From a virus, in the IMG/VR virus record IMGVR_UViG_3300027861_004304, positions 7,938 to 71,937 of that record: DNA of 64,000 bases. One strand, 5' to 3'. The notes beneath the pieces are model-generated. The model was not told the origin of the DNA. It saw nothing but the letters and a program-made list of their open reading frames with translations, and did no database searches. This document shows positions 30,270 to 39,215 of the stretch, piece by piece (the first letter of the stretch is position 1; each line of letters starts with the position of its first letter). The translations under genes were made by a program, and so were the position numbers.

Positions 30270-31226
30270 TTATGTTGTCCTATTGGCGCGACTGCAAATA
30301 TATCTGCCGCCGTGTGGCGTTAAATAATTCGTTTTAAAACCGGATGCGTTTTTTTGTTGAGGCCACGCGAGCATGTTACAGTTAATATACTGTTTTATGG
30401 ATGAATCAAGAAAGGCTGGTGTGATAGAGATGAGATCTGGAATCGCAAGGGCGGCTGCGACAACCGGATGAGTGTGAAATGCGATGGCGCGGTTATAAGC
30501 GCTTTGGGCTTTGGCAAAATTATCAAGTCTGATAGATAAATCCATTATTTGGGTGACGATTTCATCTAAGGCATCAGTAAGATTATCTCCCTTCACCAGC
30601 GGCTGAAGAAAGTGGACCTTCTTGCCGAAATCGGGTAAACCAAATGGCTTTCCGAGCGCCTGTTGCGAATCATCATTGCCTGCGATAAGATCAATTCCAT
30701 ATGGCCGAGTGATTGGCATACCTTGGGAGTTCTTCGTCCATGTTTGTGTAACCAATTTTATTCCTTCGTTGCCGATGATTCTAACTGCATCTGCTTTTAT
30801 GGCTATTCCTGATTTTCCGATGGACTGTCCAACGTTGCCGGCAACTAAATCAAAATTATCATCTATATCGGTTTTTTGGCTGATATAAATTCTTGCGGCG
30901 TCCGATTTCATGTTGGGGCTAGCCCAGATATTTGATTTTGGACCGCCCTCGACGGAAGACATTCTTCCCACCACGAGATCAATCATGCCACACTGAGTGC
31001 CGCCGTTGGCGCCATAGCCGCTGCCTGGGACGCTGGCTCGGTCGCGACCTAAAACTATCCAAGAATTATTTTGATTTGAAAAAACAACTTCTCCGTCCGC
31101 TCTATTAAAAATAGGAACCGGTTCAACTGTGTTGGAGTTGTTTATACCCTGAGCATTGGGATTTTCTTCGATTATCTCTTTTTTGCGAGGGGGCAGACCT
31201 TCCAGGTCTATAATTTTTTTGCCCAT
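30270..31226 (-). CDS. Baseplate central spike-like protein (gp5 C-terminal/VgrG-like)
   Basis: 318 aa; short beta-strand repeats (SWIVLGRDR, IDLVVGR, ARIYISQKTDID, IAIKADAVRII), LVKGDNL and a C-terminal HTHP metal-binding tip motif. Confidence 0.55.
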   Translation of the reverse strand: MGKKIIDLEGLPPRKKEIIEENPNAQGINNSNTVEPVPIFNRADGEVVFSNQNNSWIVLGRDRASVPGSGYGANGGTQCGMIDLVVGRMSSVEGGPKSNIWASPNMKSDAARIYISQKTDIDDNFDLVAGNVGQSIGKSGIAIKADAVRIIGNEGIKLVTQTWTKNSQGMPITRPYGIDLIAGNDDSQQALGKPFGLPDFGKKVHFLQPLVKGDNLTDALDEIVTQIMDLSIRLDNFAKAQSAYNRAIAFHTHPVVAAALAIPDLISITPAFLDSSIKQYINCNMLAWPQQKNASGFKTNYLTPHGGRYICSRANRTT

Positions 31227-31273
31227 AAATTAGTTTCTCCGTTTATTCTGATTCTGATTCTCATTATACACGT

Positions 31274-32392
31274 TTATTTCTGTCCTGGCTCATATAACGT
31301 CGTCCCCGTGGGGCCATACCCATGCAAATATTTTTTCTCGCTGGAATTTTCTATATAATCAATATGCACATGGCCGCCTTTATTGACGTCATACCATATA
31401 AGCTGTCCTCGCCAGTCGATTTCTTGCTCAACAATCCATTGGGAAAATTCATATGCATCAGCGAATTTGGCAGGCTTTCTCATATCAGTCGTGTAGCCGA
31501 ATGTATGTTTGCTGTTCTTGACCCCTCCTGCTTTCTTGTTAACTTCTTCATTGCGAAAACCAGAGGTTATGTATATTTCTCCAAGACCCTGTTCGTTCAG
31601 TTTTGTCTGAATTGGGTCCAACACCTTTTCTACAAGCAATTGTAAGCTGTCAAATTGTTTATCATTCGGTAAGTTGGCAAGATTTCCACTATTTCTTAGC
31701 ATGTTCTCCAGGCTGAATTGTTCGGGAAAATTTGTATTTATCTCGCGACCAAACCAGCCGGCGCCAGGGCCAGGGCCTTTGTCTCCCACGTCCTCGGTTT
31801 GCCCGTCAAATAAGCCACTGAGGTTAAATGGATCAATTAATTTTGAGTGATCGATAATATTTAAGCCTTGTTGAACCACACCTACAAATTCTGCGTTTTC
31901 GAACTTTCCATCTTTAAACCTGACTAAAATAATATCGCCGGGATTGAGGCGAGCAGGAGTTGGACCTTCAGCCGATATCGGTATCCACAAATGTGGGTGG
32001 GCAGAAATCAACAATTCTTCTTCCGCTGCAGGCTCCAAGCAAGAAAGCCGGTTAGATCCAGTGTTGGACCCATTCAGGAGGCGATTCGGGCCCGGAATAA
32101 TAATATTTCGGAAAGATGGGGGCAGAGGAAGAAATTTGTGAAAGTCTGGTACTCTGAAATAGATCTTGTATTTTGGTGGCGACCAGCCGGGGGCGAGCAG
32201 GGGATCAGTGAAGCTGCCCGTCCAGGATGGGCCGGTGGGGCTAGCCACTGTCTTCAAGCTGGCATATAAGACTACAGCGTTAAAAGTTCCATCACCCAAG
32301 CCCGTACGAGATTGAACCTCCGAGAAAGCGCGCACTGTTTCTCTGAGTTGATAAAACGAATTATTTCTATTTGTTCTGTTGAACGCTCCCAT
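31274..32392 (-). CDS. Tail-associated lysin: N-terminal gp5-like region plus Peptidase M15A (Zn D-Ala-D-Ala peptidase) domain
   Basis: C-terminal ITSGFR...NKKAGGVKNSKHTFGYTTD...HVHID matches the M15A Zn motifs; baseplate context. Confidence 0.8.
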   Translation of the reverse strand: MGAFNRTNRNNSFYQLRETVRAFSEVQSRTGLGDGTFNAVVLYASLKTVASPTGPSWTGSFTDPLLAPGWSPPKYKIYFRVPDFHKFLPLPPSFRNIIIPGPNRLLNGSNTGSNRLSCLEPAAEEELLISAHPHLWIPISAEGPTPARLNPGDIILVRFKDGKFENAEFVGVVQQGLNIIDHSKLIDPFNLSGLFDGQTEDVGDKGPGPGAGWFGREINTNFPEQFSLENMLRNSGNLANLPNDKQFDSLQLLVEKVLDPIQTKLNEQGLGEIYITSGFRNEEVNKKAGGVKNSKHTFGYTTDMRKPAKFADAYEFSQWIVEQEIDWRGQLIWYDVNKGGHVHIDYIENSSEKKYLHGYGPTGTTLYEPGQK

Positions 32393-32685
32393 TAGTCAAC
32401 GTCGCCTCCGTTTTGTAGCATATCAAAAATATCCGCTTTGTCGTCTTCCGAAAGGCCGGTATCCTTCTTTTCTTCCTTTTGGACCAAAGATGCGACCTTG
32501 ACGAGTTGTTCGTTCGATCTCTGCAACGTCTCAACATATTTGGCGGCTGTCATGCCGACTTCTCTATGTCTTTCGTCGCTTTTGCTTAGATAAATCATCA
32601 CGTCATCGAGCAAACGACGGGTTATTTCCCTGTCTTTTCGGACATTGTCAATTGCTTCGGCGATGTATTTATCAATCTTTTTCAT
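32392..32685 (-). CDS. Hypothetical coiled-coil protein (start probably MKKIDKY at 32685)
   Basis: ORF 32392..32703; the ATG at 32685 overlaps the sigma-gene stop (ATGA). Confidence 0.6.
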   Translation of the reverse strand: MKKIDKYIAEAIDNVRKDREITRRLLDDVMIYLSKSDERHREVGMTAAKYVETLQRSNEQLVKVASLVQKEEKKDTGLSEDDKADIFDMLQNGGDVD

Positions 32686-33413
32686 AAGTCTCCACGGTCC
32701 CATTTTGTTTTGAAGATTTTATAACGGCCCCTCATTTTGTTTAAACAATTAACGACTTGTTTTGTGTTTAAACCCGTTATTTCTCTCATGTACAGATAAA
32801 TAGCCTTCTTATTGAAAATTTCTATATCATCTGGCGACTTTAACAAGATTTTTATGGCCTCAAGAACTTTTTTCTCATTGTCTCGAAGCTTCATTCTGTC
32901 CCATGTGTCTATTTCAGTCCACAAATGATTCCAGAACTCTTCTTTTTCCCTTCGCTCATCGCAATCCATCTCAACTGCGACGTATTTCATTTCCATCTCT
33001 TTTGAGAGGTCTTGAAATTCTATTTCCCTTTGCCGGCTTCTCTTATTTTTCTTAACTTTCTGGATAAACCAGTTTTTTGTTATGACAGAAAAGTAAGAAA
33101 AGGCTTTTGAGCCTTTTTCTGGTTTGAACTTATCAAGAACGGTTGTGAGCCAAACTTTACAGTCTTCTCTCAGGGTGTCAATATTTGGGAGAGTCGTGAA
33201 CTTATAGGTAAAGACAATTTTATCAACCATTTCGCTTAGCGGAGGCTGTATCAATGTCCTATAAAGATGTTCTCTTCGTTTTAGATCTGTCGAAGTATTA
33301 TATTCAATGATTGCGTTCTCATTGACTTTTGTGAAATAGTTTCTTGAATTTTTACTTCTTCTAATTCGGCGTCTTTTCTTTGGCGTAACTGGTGCGCTGG
33401 GCTTTGTCGTCAT
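32682..33413 (-). CDS. Phage-encoded sigma factor (T4 gp55-like late sigma)
   Basis: 243 aa; NYFT...AIIEYN, LDKFKPEKGSKAFSYFSVITKN (sigma region 2 F-x-P-x-K-x2-AFxYF pattern) and a C-terminal HTH-like YMREITGLNTKQV. Confidence 0.7.
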   Translation of the reverse strand: MTTKPSAPVTPKKRRRIRRSKNSRNYFTKVNENAIIEYNTSTDLKRREHLYRTLIQPPLSEMVDKIVFTYKFTTLPNIDTLREDCKVWLTTVLDKFKPEKGSKAFSYFSVITKNWFIQKVKKNKRSRQREIEFQDLSKEMEMKYVAVEMDCDERREKEEFWNHLWTEIDTWDRMKLRDNEKKVLEAIKILLKSPDDIEIFNKKAIYLYMREITGLNTKQVVNCLNKMRGRYKIFKTKWDRGDL

Positions 33414-33717
33414 TAATTAACTCCTCTGTTGTATCATCGTCGGAATATAAATTGTATTGATCAAACACCGAGGTCAAATCCTCAGCATGCTTGAGCAAGT
33501 GTCTCAAAGTCTCATCGCCATAGAAAGTTTCTAGCTCATAGACCGATTTTAAATGATTTTTGAAATTGCTGATAACTGTGATGTTTTCTGTTAATTCTTC
33601 ATCGTAGTACTTTACTTGCTTGAGTAAATTGATCATATACCAGATCGTTCCAACGTGAACCATGAAGCTCGCGAGCAGCGATAAAAGTAAAATGATCGTA
33701 ATTGTTGACCAACTCAT
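33361..33717 (-). CDS. Hypothetical protein with an N-terminal transmembrane helix
   Basis: 118 aa; hydrophobic TITIILLLSLLASFMVHVGTIWYMI followed by a coiled coil. Confidence 0.6.
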   Translation of the reverse strand: MSWSTITIILLLSLLASFMVHVGTIWYMINLLKQVKYYDEELTENITVISNFKNHLKSVYELETFYGDETLRHLLKHAEDLTSVFDQYNLYSDDDTTEELINDDKAQRTSYAKEKTPN

Positions 33718-33974
33718 GATTTATACTCCTTTTCTCTCAATTTTCTCTTCTCTTCGGAAATAGATTCCTTATTCTTCTTTATATACTCTTCGACAACGGA
33801 TCCAGTTTTTTTCTCGGAACTCTTGTTGAGCTTGTTTATATAAGTAGGAATAGACGGAACACGACGAAAGGCCTGGGAATCACAAATATTGCAATTCTCC
33901 AGGCTTTCCGACATGCCGTGTTTTATTTCGAAGTATTCATCGCAATCTTCGCAATGATAGTTATACCTCGGCAT
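33714..33974 (-). CDS. FmdB-family zinc-ribbon protein
   Basis: MPRYNYHCEDCDEYFE...CNICDS signature; true start at MPRY (33974). Confidence 0.85.
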   Translation of the reverse strand: MPRYNYHCEDCDEYFEIKHGMSESLENCNICDSQAFRRVPSIPTYINKLNKSSEKKTGSVVEEYIKKNKESISEEKRKLREKEYKS

Positions 33975-34155
33975 CTGTTTGTTCTTCGTCCTCTTGTTCG
34001 CCAAACTGGACGATTGGTGGGTTTTCCACCATTAATCCCTCTTCTGACTCTTTGAAAACGAATTCTTTGAAAACAGGAACAATATCTGATTGTTCCATCA
34101 ATGATTTTTGAAGCGCCATCATTACTGCGCCAATTGCTTGATTTGATAAATGCAT
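33961..34155 (-). CDS. Small hypothetical protein
   Basis: 64 aa; AGGAG RBS; perfect sigma70 promoter upstream. Confidence 0.7.
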   Translation of the reverse strand: MHLSNQAIGAVMMALQKSLMEQSDIVPVFKEFVFKESEEGLMVENPPIVQFGEQEDEEQTDAEV

Positions 34156-34175
34156 ATCTATCTCCTTATATATAT

Positions 34176-34204
34176 ATTATAACCCTTTATTCACTATTTG
34201 TCAA
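34176..34204 (-). promoter_or_regulatory. Sigma70-type promoter TTGACA-N17-TATAAT
   Basis: Perfect consensus, read directly. Confidence 0.85.
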
Positions 34205-34217
34205 GGATTAAAGTAAA

Positions 34218-34868
34218 TTATCTTAAAATTTTTCTTAATAATTGAAATTTTTCTGCGTATGCCAAGCCTACTTCTGCTCCCCACACCTGCATTAAATTGA
34301 TGATATTTTCTATGCTTCGGGTATGTGGAAAGTTTCTAAGTTCTTCTTCATAACACTCCTTTAGGACCTGGATTTTCTTATCCATTGTTTTATTAACGTC
34401 AAAATAAACATTTCCGTTAAAATTGGCCAAAGGATTATAATCTGTAGAGGACGGGACATAATAACTGTAAATCTCTTGATGGCGGCCGTATTGAGGGCGA
34501 AAAACTGTCAAAGTTGCGCGGGACACAATTGAGTGATCAATGTTGAGACAGCCTGGATGGTGGGTAAAAATTATATTGGGAGTGAAATTTACATTACTTT
34601 CTATGAATTTACAAACTTCCAACATAGAAACCGTATCCATCTTATTATCGGGAAAAGCACCACAAGAATAGTGGGCTATTCCCAATATATCACAAACCCG
34701 ATCAAGCTGCTTGCTTCTCCCAGAAGAAGAGTTGTTGCGGGCACCAACACCATCTGTAAAAGTTATCAGATTAATCTTGTGTCCCTCTTGCGAGAGTTTT
34801 GCTAATGTTGCTCCGCAGCCGAGAGTTTCATCATCTGGGTGCGCAGCCAATACCAAAATATCACTCAT
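34218..34868 (-). CDS. PIG-L/LmbE-family N-acetyl-sugar deacetylase
   Basis: LAAHPDDETLGCG, FTDG, IFTHH...DH, AEKF motifs. Confidence 0.9.
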   Translation of the reverse strand: MSDILVLAAHPDDETLGCGATLAKLSQEGHKINLITFTDGVGARNNSSSGRSKQLDRVCDILGIAHYSCGAFPDNKMDTVSMLEVCKFIESNVNFTPNIIFTHHPGCLNIDHSIVSRATLTVFRPQYGRHQEIYSYYVPSSTDYNPLANFNGNVYFDVNKTMDKKIQVLKECYEEELRNFPHTRSIENIINLMQVWGAEVGLAYAEKFQLLRKILR

Positions 34869-35506
34869 GTTGATCTTTTTTTCAATAAATATACATGTTG
34901 CTTGCGATTATTTCTCCCACTGGGAAGTGGATATTTTTCTTCCTTTAAAAGTTCCAAATTATCATGACTATTTAAATAAATAAGAGGAAAATTATCCGCC
35001 CAACACGCGTTCATCGTGCCCCTCCACTGGATCGCCACATTATCATCATGGTATAATTCACATCCCCAAATATAGCCGCCCTCCTTGACACACCGACAGA
35101 TTTCCTCAACAGCGGCCGCGATATCGTCGGGGCTAATGTGTATGAGCACTCCCGCTGTATAAACAACGTCAAAGAAGCTGTCTCTAAATGGCAGTTCCAA
35201 GGCGGACGATACTTGTGCATTTACATTTGGAACTCTTTCTTTTAATTTTTCAATAGCTTGCGATTGTATATCTATTCCATATAAATTTTTAAAACCATTT
35301 TGGTGGAGTACATGTAAATTTCTTCCGACATTGCACCCCACTTCTAAAATTTTGGCCTCTTTGTCTATAGATTCAAAATCTTTTAAAATATAAGAATTAG
35401 CATGAGAAATGTTAAATTTTTGTGTTCTCGGATTCCAATCATCATTACTTTTAGTATAACGCTCACCAACTTGCTCCCAAAATTTTATTTGTTCTGTTTT
35501 TTTCAC
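34865..35506 (-). CDS. Class I SAM methyltransferase (pseudaminic-acid-associated methylase type)
   Basis: TEQIKFW...G..Y..SN, ILEVGCNVGRNL, FDVVYTAGVLIHISP. Confidence 0.85.
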   Translation of the reverse strand: MKKTEQIKFWEQVGERYTKSNDDWNPRTQKFNISHANSYILKDFESIDKEAKILEVGCNVGRNLHVLHQNGFKNLYGIDIQSQAIEKLKERVPNVNAQVSSALELPFRDSFFDVVYTAGVLIHISPDDIAAAVEEICRCVKEGGYIWGCELYHDDNVAIQWRGTMNACWADNFPLIYLNSHDNLELLKEEKYPLPSGRNNRKQHVYLLKKRST

Positions 35507-35516
35507 TATTTATCTC

Positions 35517-36197
35517 CTATTTTTTTAATAAAATGTTTAAACTTAAATTGGGATTATCCACGGTTATACATTTATCCCAACGGGCATCGCGCTGGCCTGA
35601 ATTGATCGCGAATCTAATTTCTTCGCAACTTTTGAAGCCGGCCTGCTGCGCAGCTAGCCTAAGTTCTTCAAAAGAATAAAAACTAATAAGGTGGTTGTAT
35701 TTCCCGTGAGGATTTCCTTTTTTCATTTTTTCACTATGACAATGAAAGATGGCGGCTTGACCGTTCCCATCCAATATGCGAAATAAATTTTTCATCGCAA
35801 CATAAATTTTTGATTTATCTAGATATTGCATGCATGCTCCGGAGAAGGCCTTCGAAAAGGCGCCAGAGGGCAATTCAGATAAATCCGGGAAGCTGTCATT
35901 GAGGCATGTTACGTTTTTAACATTTACGTTTTTAACATTTCTTTGTGCTATTTTTACTTGACTTGGTGAATAATCAACCATGACCACTCCGTTAACGAGC
36001 TTGGAAACTTCTAGGGCGAGGCCGGCGCTAGCTCCCCCAATATCTGCTACATTATCTTTTTTATTAAATTCCAAAAATTTATTTAAAATTATGGCCATTT
36101 CGTTATATGACATCAACCCACTTCTAGCGGCGCTTTTATAAACATCAGATGTCGCTTTGTTGTTGTATAGGGTTCTCCAATATTCCTCTTGATTCAT
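35517..36197 (-). CDS. Class I SAM-dependent methyltransferase
   Basis: VADIGGASAG motif I, VDYS, MQY, FRILDGNG. Confidence 0.75.
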   Translation of the reverse strand: MNQEEYWRTLYNNKATSDVYKSAARSGLMSYNEMAIILNKFLEFNKKDNVADIGGASAGLALEVSKLVNGVVMVDYSPSQVKIAQRNVKNVNVKNVTCLNDSFPDLSELPSGAFSKAFSGACMQYLDKSKIYVAMKNLFRILDGNGQAAIFHCHSEKMKKGNPHGKYNHLISFYSFEELRLAAQQAGFKSCEEIRFAINSGQRDARWDKCITVDNPNLSLNILLKK

Positions 36198-36880
36198 TAT
36201 TCACCTCTTATAAGTTGTTGTGATTTTTCTGGGCCCTCATTAAACAGAAGATCCACTATAGACAAATAGGGAATGAATTCACCCCATTGCTGATTGTAAG
36301 TTGGATGTTCATAATCTTGAAAATATATTTCTATATTTTCATTTTCAAATTTCTCATTATCAACGTAATCTTTTCCCTGAGATCCAAAAAGGAAACTATT
36401 AGCTTTTCTTTTTTTACAAATATCAATTACTAAATCCTGTTTTTTGGATTCTACTTCCAAGGCGCTTAATTTGATAAAGCAGGTCTCAATATCTAATTCC
36501 TTGATAAAAAATCTAGTTGAATAGTCTGTTAAGTCGATTAATTTTTCCCAATTTTTCGCATACATATCCTCAAAAAAATCACTATATTGCGAAAAAAATG
36601 GCGCCCTTTTATAATTATTTAACAAAGTGAGCCAGTGCTTTTTTCTCCACTTACTTGTATTGTTTATCTTCATATCCAATATTGTTTTTTCGTGATAACC
36701 CTTTGTTAAAACGGGGACCGTTAACCAAGCGGGGCCGGACGACGTCTTAATTCTATTTCGATTAATAAAGCTATTTTTTTCAAACTGAACTTTGTCTAAA
36801 ATGATGTATTCGCTACTTAATATCATTTTTTGAAAATAGCCAAGCCATGGCAAATAGGCCGGCTGGTGTGCTGTTAACAT
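36197..36880 (-). CDS. wbqC: WbqC-family protein
   Basis: HQPAYLPWLGYFQKM...LDKVQF...NRNRI...WLTVPV...HPTYNQ...LSIVDLLFNEGP. Confidence 0.92.
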   Translation of the reverse strand: MLTAHQPAYLPWLGYFQKMILSSEYIILDKVQFEKNSFINRNRIKTSSGPAWLTVPVLTKGYHEKTILDMKINNTSKWRKKHWLTLLNNYKRAPFFSQYSDFFEDMYAKNWEKLIDLTDYSTRFFIKELDIETCFIKLSALEVESKKQDLVIDICKKRKANSFLFGSQGKDYVDNEKFENENIEIYFQDYEHPTYNQQWGEFIPYLSIVDLLFNEGPEKSQQLIRGE

Positions 36881-37323
36881 GATGGCGTGCCTCTCGTCTT
36901 ATAATATCCCTCTTTAACCCTATAGGGGTTTCCCACAATTAAAGAATAGGGGGGAATATGTCCCCCATTAATTAAAATAGTGCCGGCCGCGACGACTGAA
37001 TGGTGTCCTATATGAGTTTTTCCGCCAATAAAACTATGAGAACCCACGAACACGTTGTCTTCTAAAATTATTTCTCCACGCTCAATTTCATCATGTATAC
37101 CTATGCACAACTTATGAGAATCTGCTACGTTAATTGAGACAAAGGAGGCTATATCGCAATTATCTGACAGAACCACCTTCCCCTTTGTTGCATTAACTTC
37201 CGAATAAAATCCTACAAAAACATTTTTCCCTATTTCTGGAGATCCCTTAATATATACAAGCGGATGAAACTGATTGGGATATAGCCCCAGAAGTTTAACC
37301 AAGAGATTTTTAATTAATCTCAT
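36874..37323 (-). CDS. Hexapeptide-repeat (left-handed beta-helix) acyltransferase
   Basis: IGKNVFVG, IILEDNVFVGSHSFI, IGHHSVVAAG, IPPYSLIVGNP. Confidence 0.85.
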   Translation of the reverse strand: MRLIKNLLVKLLGLYPNQFHPLVYIKGSPEIGKNVFVGFYSEVNATKGKVVLSDNCDIASFVSINVADSHKLCIGIHDEIERGEIILEDNVFVGSHSFIGGKTHIGHHSVVAAGTILINGGHIPPYSLIVGNPYRVKEGYYKTRGTPSC

Positions 37324-38339
37324 TGTGAAATATCCTCATAAAGTATAATGTCGTCCTGTATTTTATCAACCTTTAAGATGCGACCAATAAGATCATCGAT
37401 CTTTTTAGGAGAAAGGCCTGTGCCCGGTCGCTTAAATGATAAATCACTCCTAGACAAAATATGACCCCTCGACAGTGGCTTGTTAGTGACAATACTTCTG
37501 CGAGCGATATCCCTCATCGATCGTTCTCTAATGGTAGGCACCAAGTCTGGAGATCCAAGAATGGCCTCTGTGCGGCGGATATCTAGTACTAACTTTTTCA
37601 TTTGGGATGGTGTGGCCGAGAAATGGTGGTCGGGGCCCGGAAGACTCGAATCGAGGGTGAAATGTTTTTCGACGACCTCGGCGCCTTGAGCGACTGCGAT
37701 TACAGATGCGAGTTCATCGCGCGTGTGATCTGAAAATCCGATTTTTACATTGAATTTTTTTTTAATTTCTAACATTTTTCTCATATTAACTTCACAATCC
37801 TCCGCAGGATATGAAGAAATACAATGTAAGACTGTCAAGTCCAATTGCCCCTCGCTCCTTATCGCAAATACAGCGTCTGCGATTTCCTCCTCGAAGGACA
37901 TGCCTGTTGAGATTATCATTGGTATTTTTTTATTTGCATAGTATTTCAGCAAATCTAAATTGGTTAAATCATCGGAGCCAACCTTTATCATTGGAGGATC
38001 AAAGATTCTCAGAATAAAATCCAAATCTGACTTATTTTGCGGAGTTGTGAAACAAACTATTTCATTTATGTTACAAAAATTGACTATTTCTAGCCATTCC
38101 TCATCGGAAAATTCATATCTTTTGAACATCTCCATTTGAGATTCTGTGATTTCTTTTCCTTGAGACTCATAGGTGTAAGTTAAGTCTGAATCTACTATGA
38201 ACTCCTCTGCTTTAAACGTCTGAAATTTGACTGCGTCAGCCCCGGCGTCCTTTGCTGCCTTAATTGTCTCTTTGGCCAAAGAGACAATTCCATTATGATT
38301 TATTCCTATTTCAGCTATGATAAAGCACCGGTTAACCAT
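37320..38339 (-). CDS. neuB: Nonulosonic acid synthase (NeuB/PseI/LegI family) with C-terminal SAF domain
   Basis: FIIAEIGINHNG, GADAVKFQT, IKVGS, IISTGM, LHCISSYP, GFSDHT, EKHFTL, GPDH, RRSIV, KRPGTG. Confidence 0.95.
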   Translation of the reverse strand: MVNRCFIIAEIGINHNGIVSLAKETIKAAKDAGADAVKFQTFKAEEFIVDSDLTYTYESQGKEITESQMEMFKRYEFSDEEWLEIVNFCNINEIVCFTTPQNKSDLDFILRIFDPPMIKVGSDDLTNLDLLKYYANKKIPMIISTGMSFEEEIADAVFAIRSEGQLDLTVLHCISSYPAEDCEVNMRKMLEIKKKFNVKIGFSDHTRDELASVIAVAQGAEVVEKHFTLDSSLPGPDHHFSATPSQMKKLVLDIRRTEAILGSPDLVPTIRERSMRDIARRSIVTNKPLSRGHILSRSDLSFKRPGTGLSPKKIDDLIGRILKVDKIQDDIILYEDISQ

Positions 38340-38526
38340 TCTCGGATAGCTCTTTTACCAACGTTGAGATTCGATTATCAAACTCATCGACTCTTGACAT
38401 CAATTTCCTTGCTTCATCTGGTGCGACCGTGAATACTAACCTCAAGATATCCATCCAATTAACGTTGTTTTTTGTTCTAATCTTCTCAATTTCATCAATA
38501 ATTTCTAGATCTGTTCGTTTTGACAT
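38332..38526 (-). CDS. Small hypothetical protein between neuA and neuB
   Basis: 64 aa; GAGGG RBS; translationally coupled to its neighbours. Confidence 0.65.
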   Translation of the reverse strand: MSKRTDLEIIDEIEKIRTKNNVNWMDILRLVFTVAPDEARKLMSRVDEFDNRISTLVKELSENG

Positions 38527-39215
38527 TTTCCCTCTCTTTGTGAATTTTCAAACATTTTTTCAGCTATTTCAAGCTGCCACTCATAATCAATATCCCAGCA
38601 TTCCTTTTCGCTCTCAACAACAAAAATATCCGGATCGAAGCGCCTACGGAAAGAACCCATATGTATATTTCTCCGTATGTCGGCTGTGGATCCCGCATAT
38701 AAGCAATGGGCCGCTTCATAAATTATATTGGCTTTTTTAGTGTCCAAGTGTGCCGTACACTGTTCTAATGGTGTGCCCCCCGAATCCCAATAAAATGTAC
38801 GTTTTTTTACAACTCCGAACAAGCCACGGTAATCAGATTGTAGATATTTTTTAATAAAACTCTCTATTGTTGTGGTTAATAGAAAAGGACAACATGCATT
38901 TATCTCTACAAAAAATTTGTGTGGAATATGGTCAACAATTTCATAAATCTCTCTGATGGTGGCAGTCTCTGAAATTGATGCGTCGGCTCTTTTGAAAAGA
39001 TTTATATCTGTATATTTCGAGGCGATATTTAATACTTCTTGGCCATGGCCTGCTACAAAAATTTGATCATTTGGGATTATTTTCGAGGCGAGTAATTTAT
39101 TTATTGCCACATCAAGAAGGGTAGTTTGAGAAAACTTCTTAAACATTTTTCCCGGAAGCCTCTCAGAATTAGACTTTGCCAATATCAAAAATGAAATATC
39201 TTTAATATTTTTCAT
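38505..39215 (-). CDS. neuA: CMP-nonulosonate synthetase (NeuA/PseF cytidylyltransferase)
   Basis: ILAKSNSERLPGK, INACCPFL, WDIDYEWQL motifs. Confidence 0.85.
   Translation of the reverse strand: MKNIKDISFLILAKSNSERLPGKMFKKFSQTTLLDVAINKLLASKIIPNDQIFVAGHGQEVLNIASKYTDINLFKRADASISETATIREIYEIVDHIPHKFFVEINACCPFLLTTTIESFIKKYLQSDYRGLFGVVKKRTFYWDSGGTPLEQCTAHLDTKKANIIYEAAHCLYAGSTADIRRNIHMGSFRRRFDPDIFVVESEKECWDIDYEWQLEIAEKMFENSQREGKCQNEQI

Noticed and set aside
31240-31270. ctgatt repeats and a TATAAT upstream of the spike-like gene
   Set aside because: Only about two short units and no matching -35 or extended -10; not distinguishable from chance
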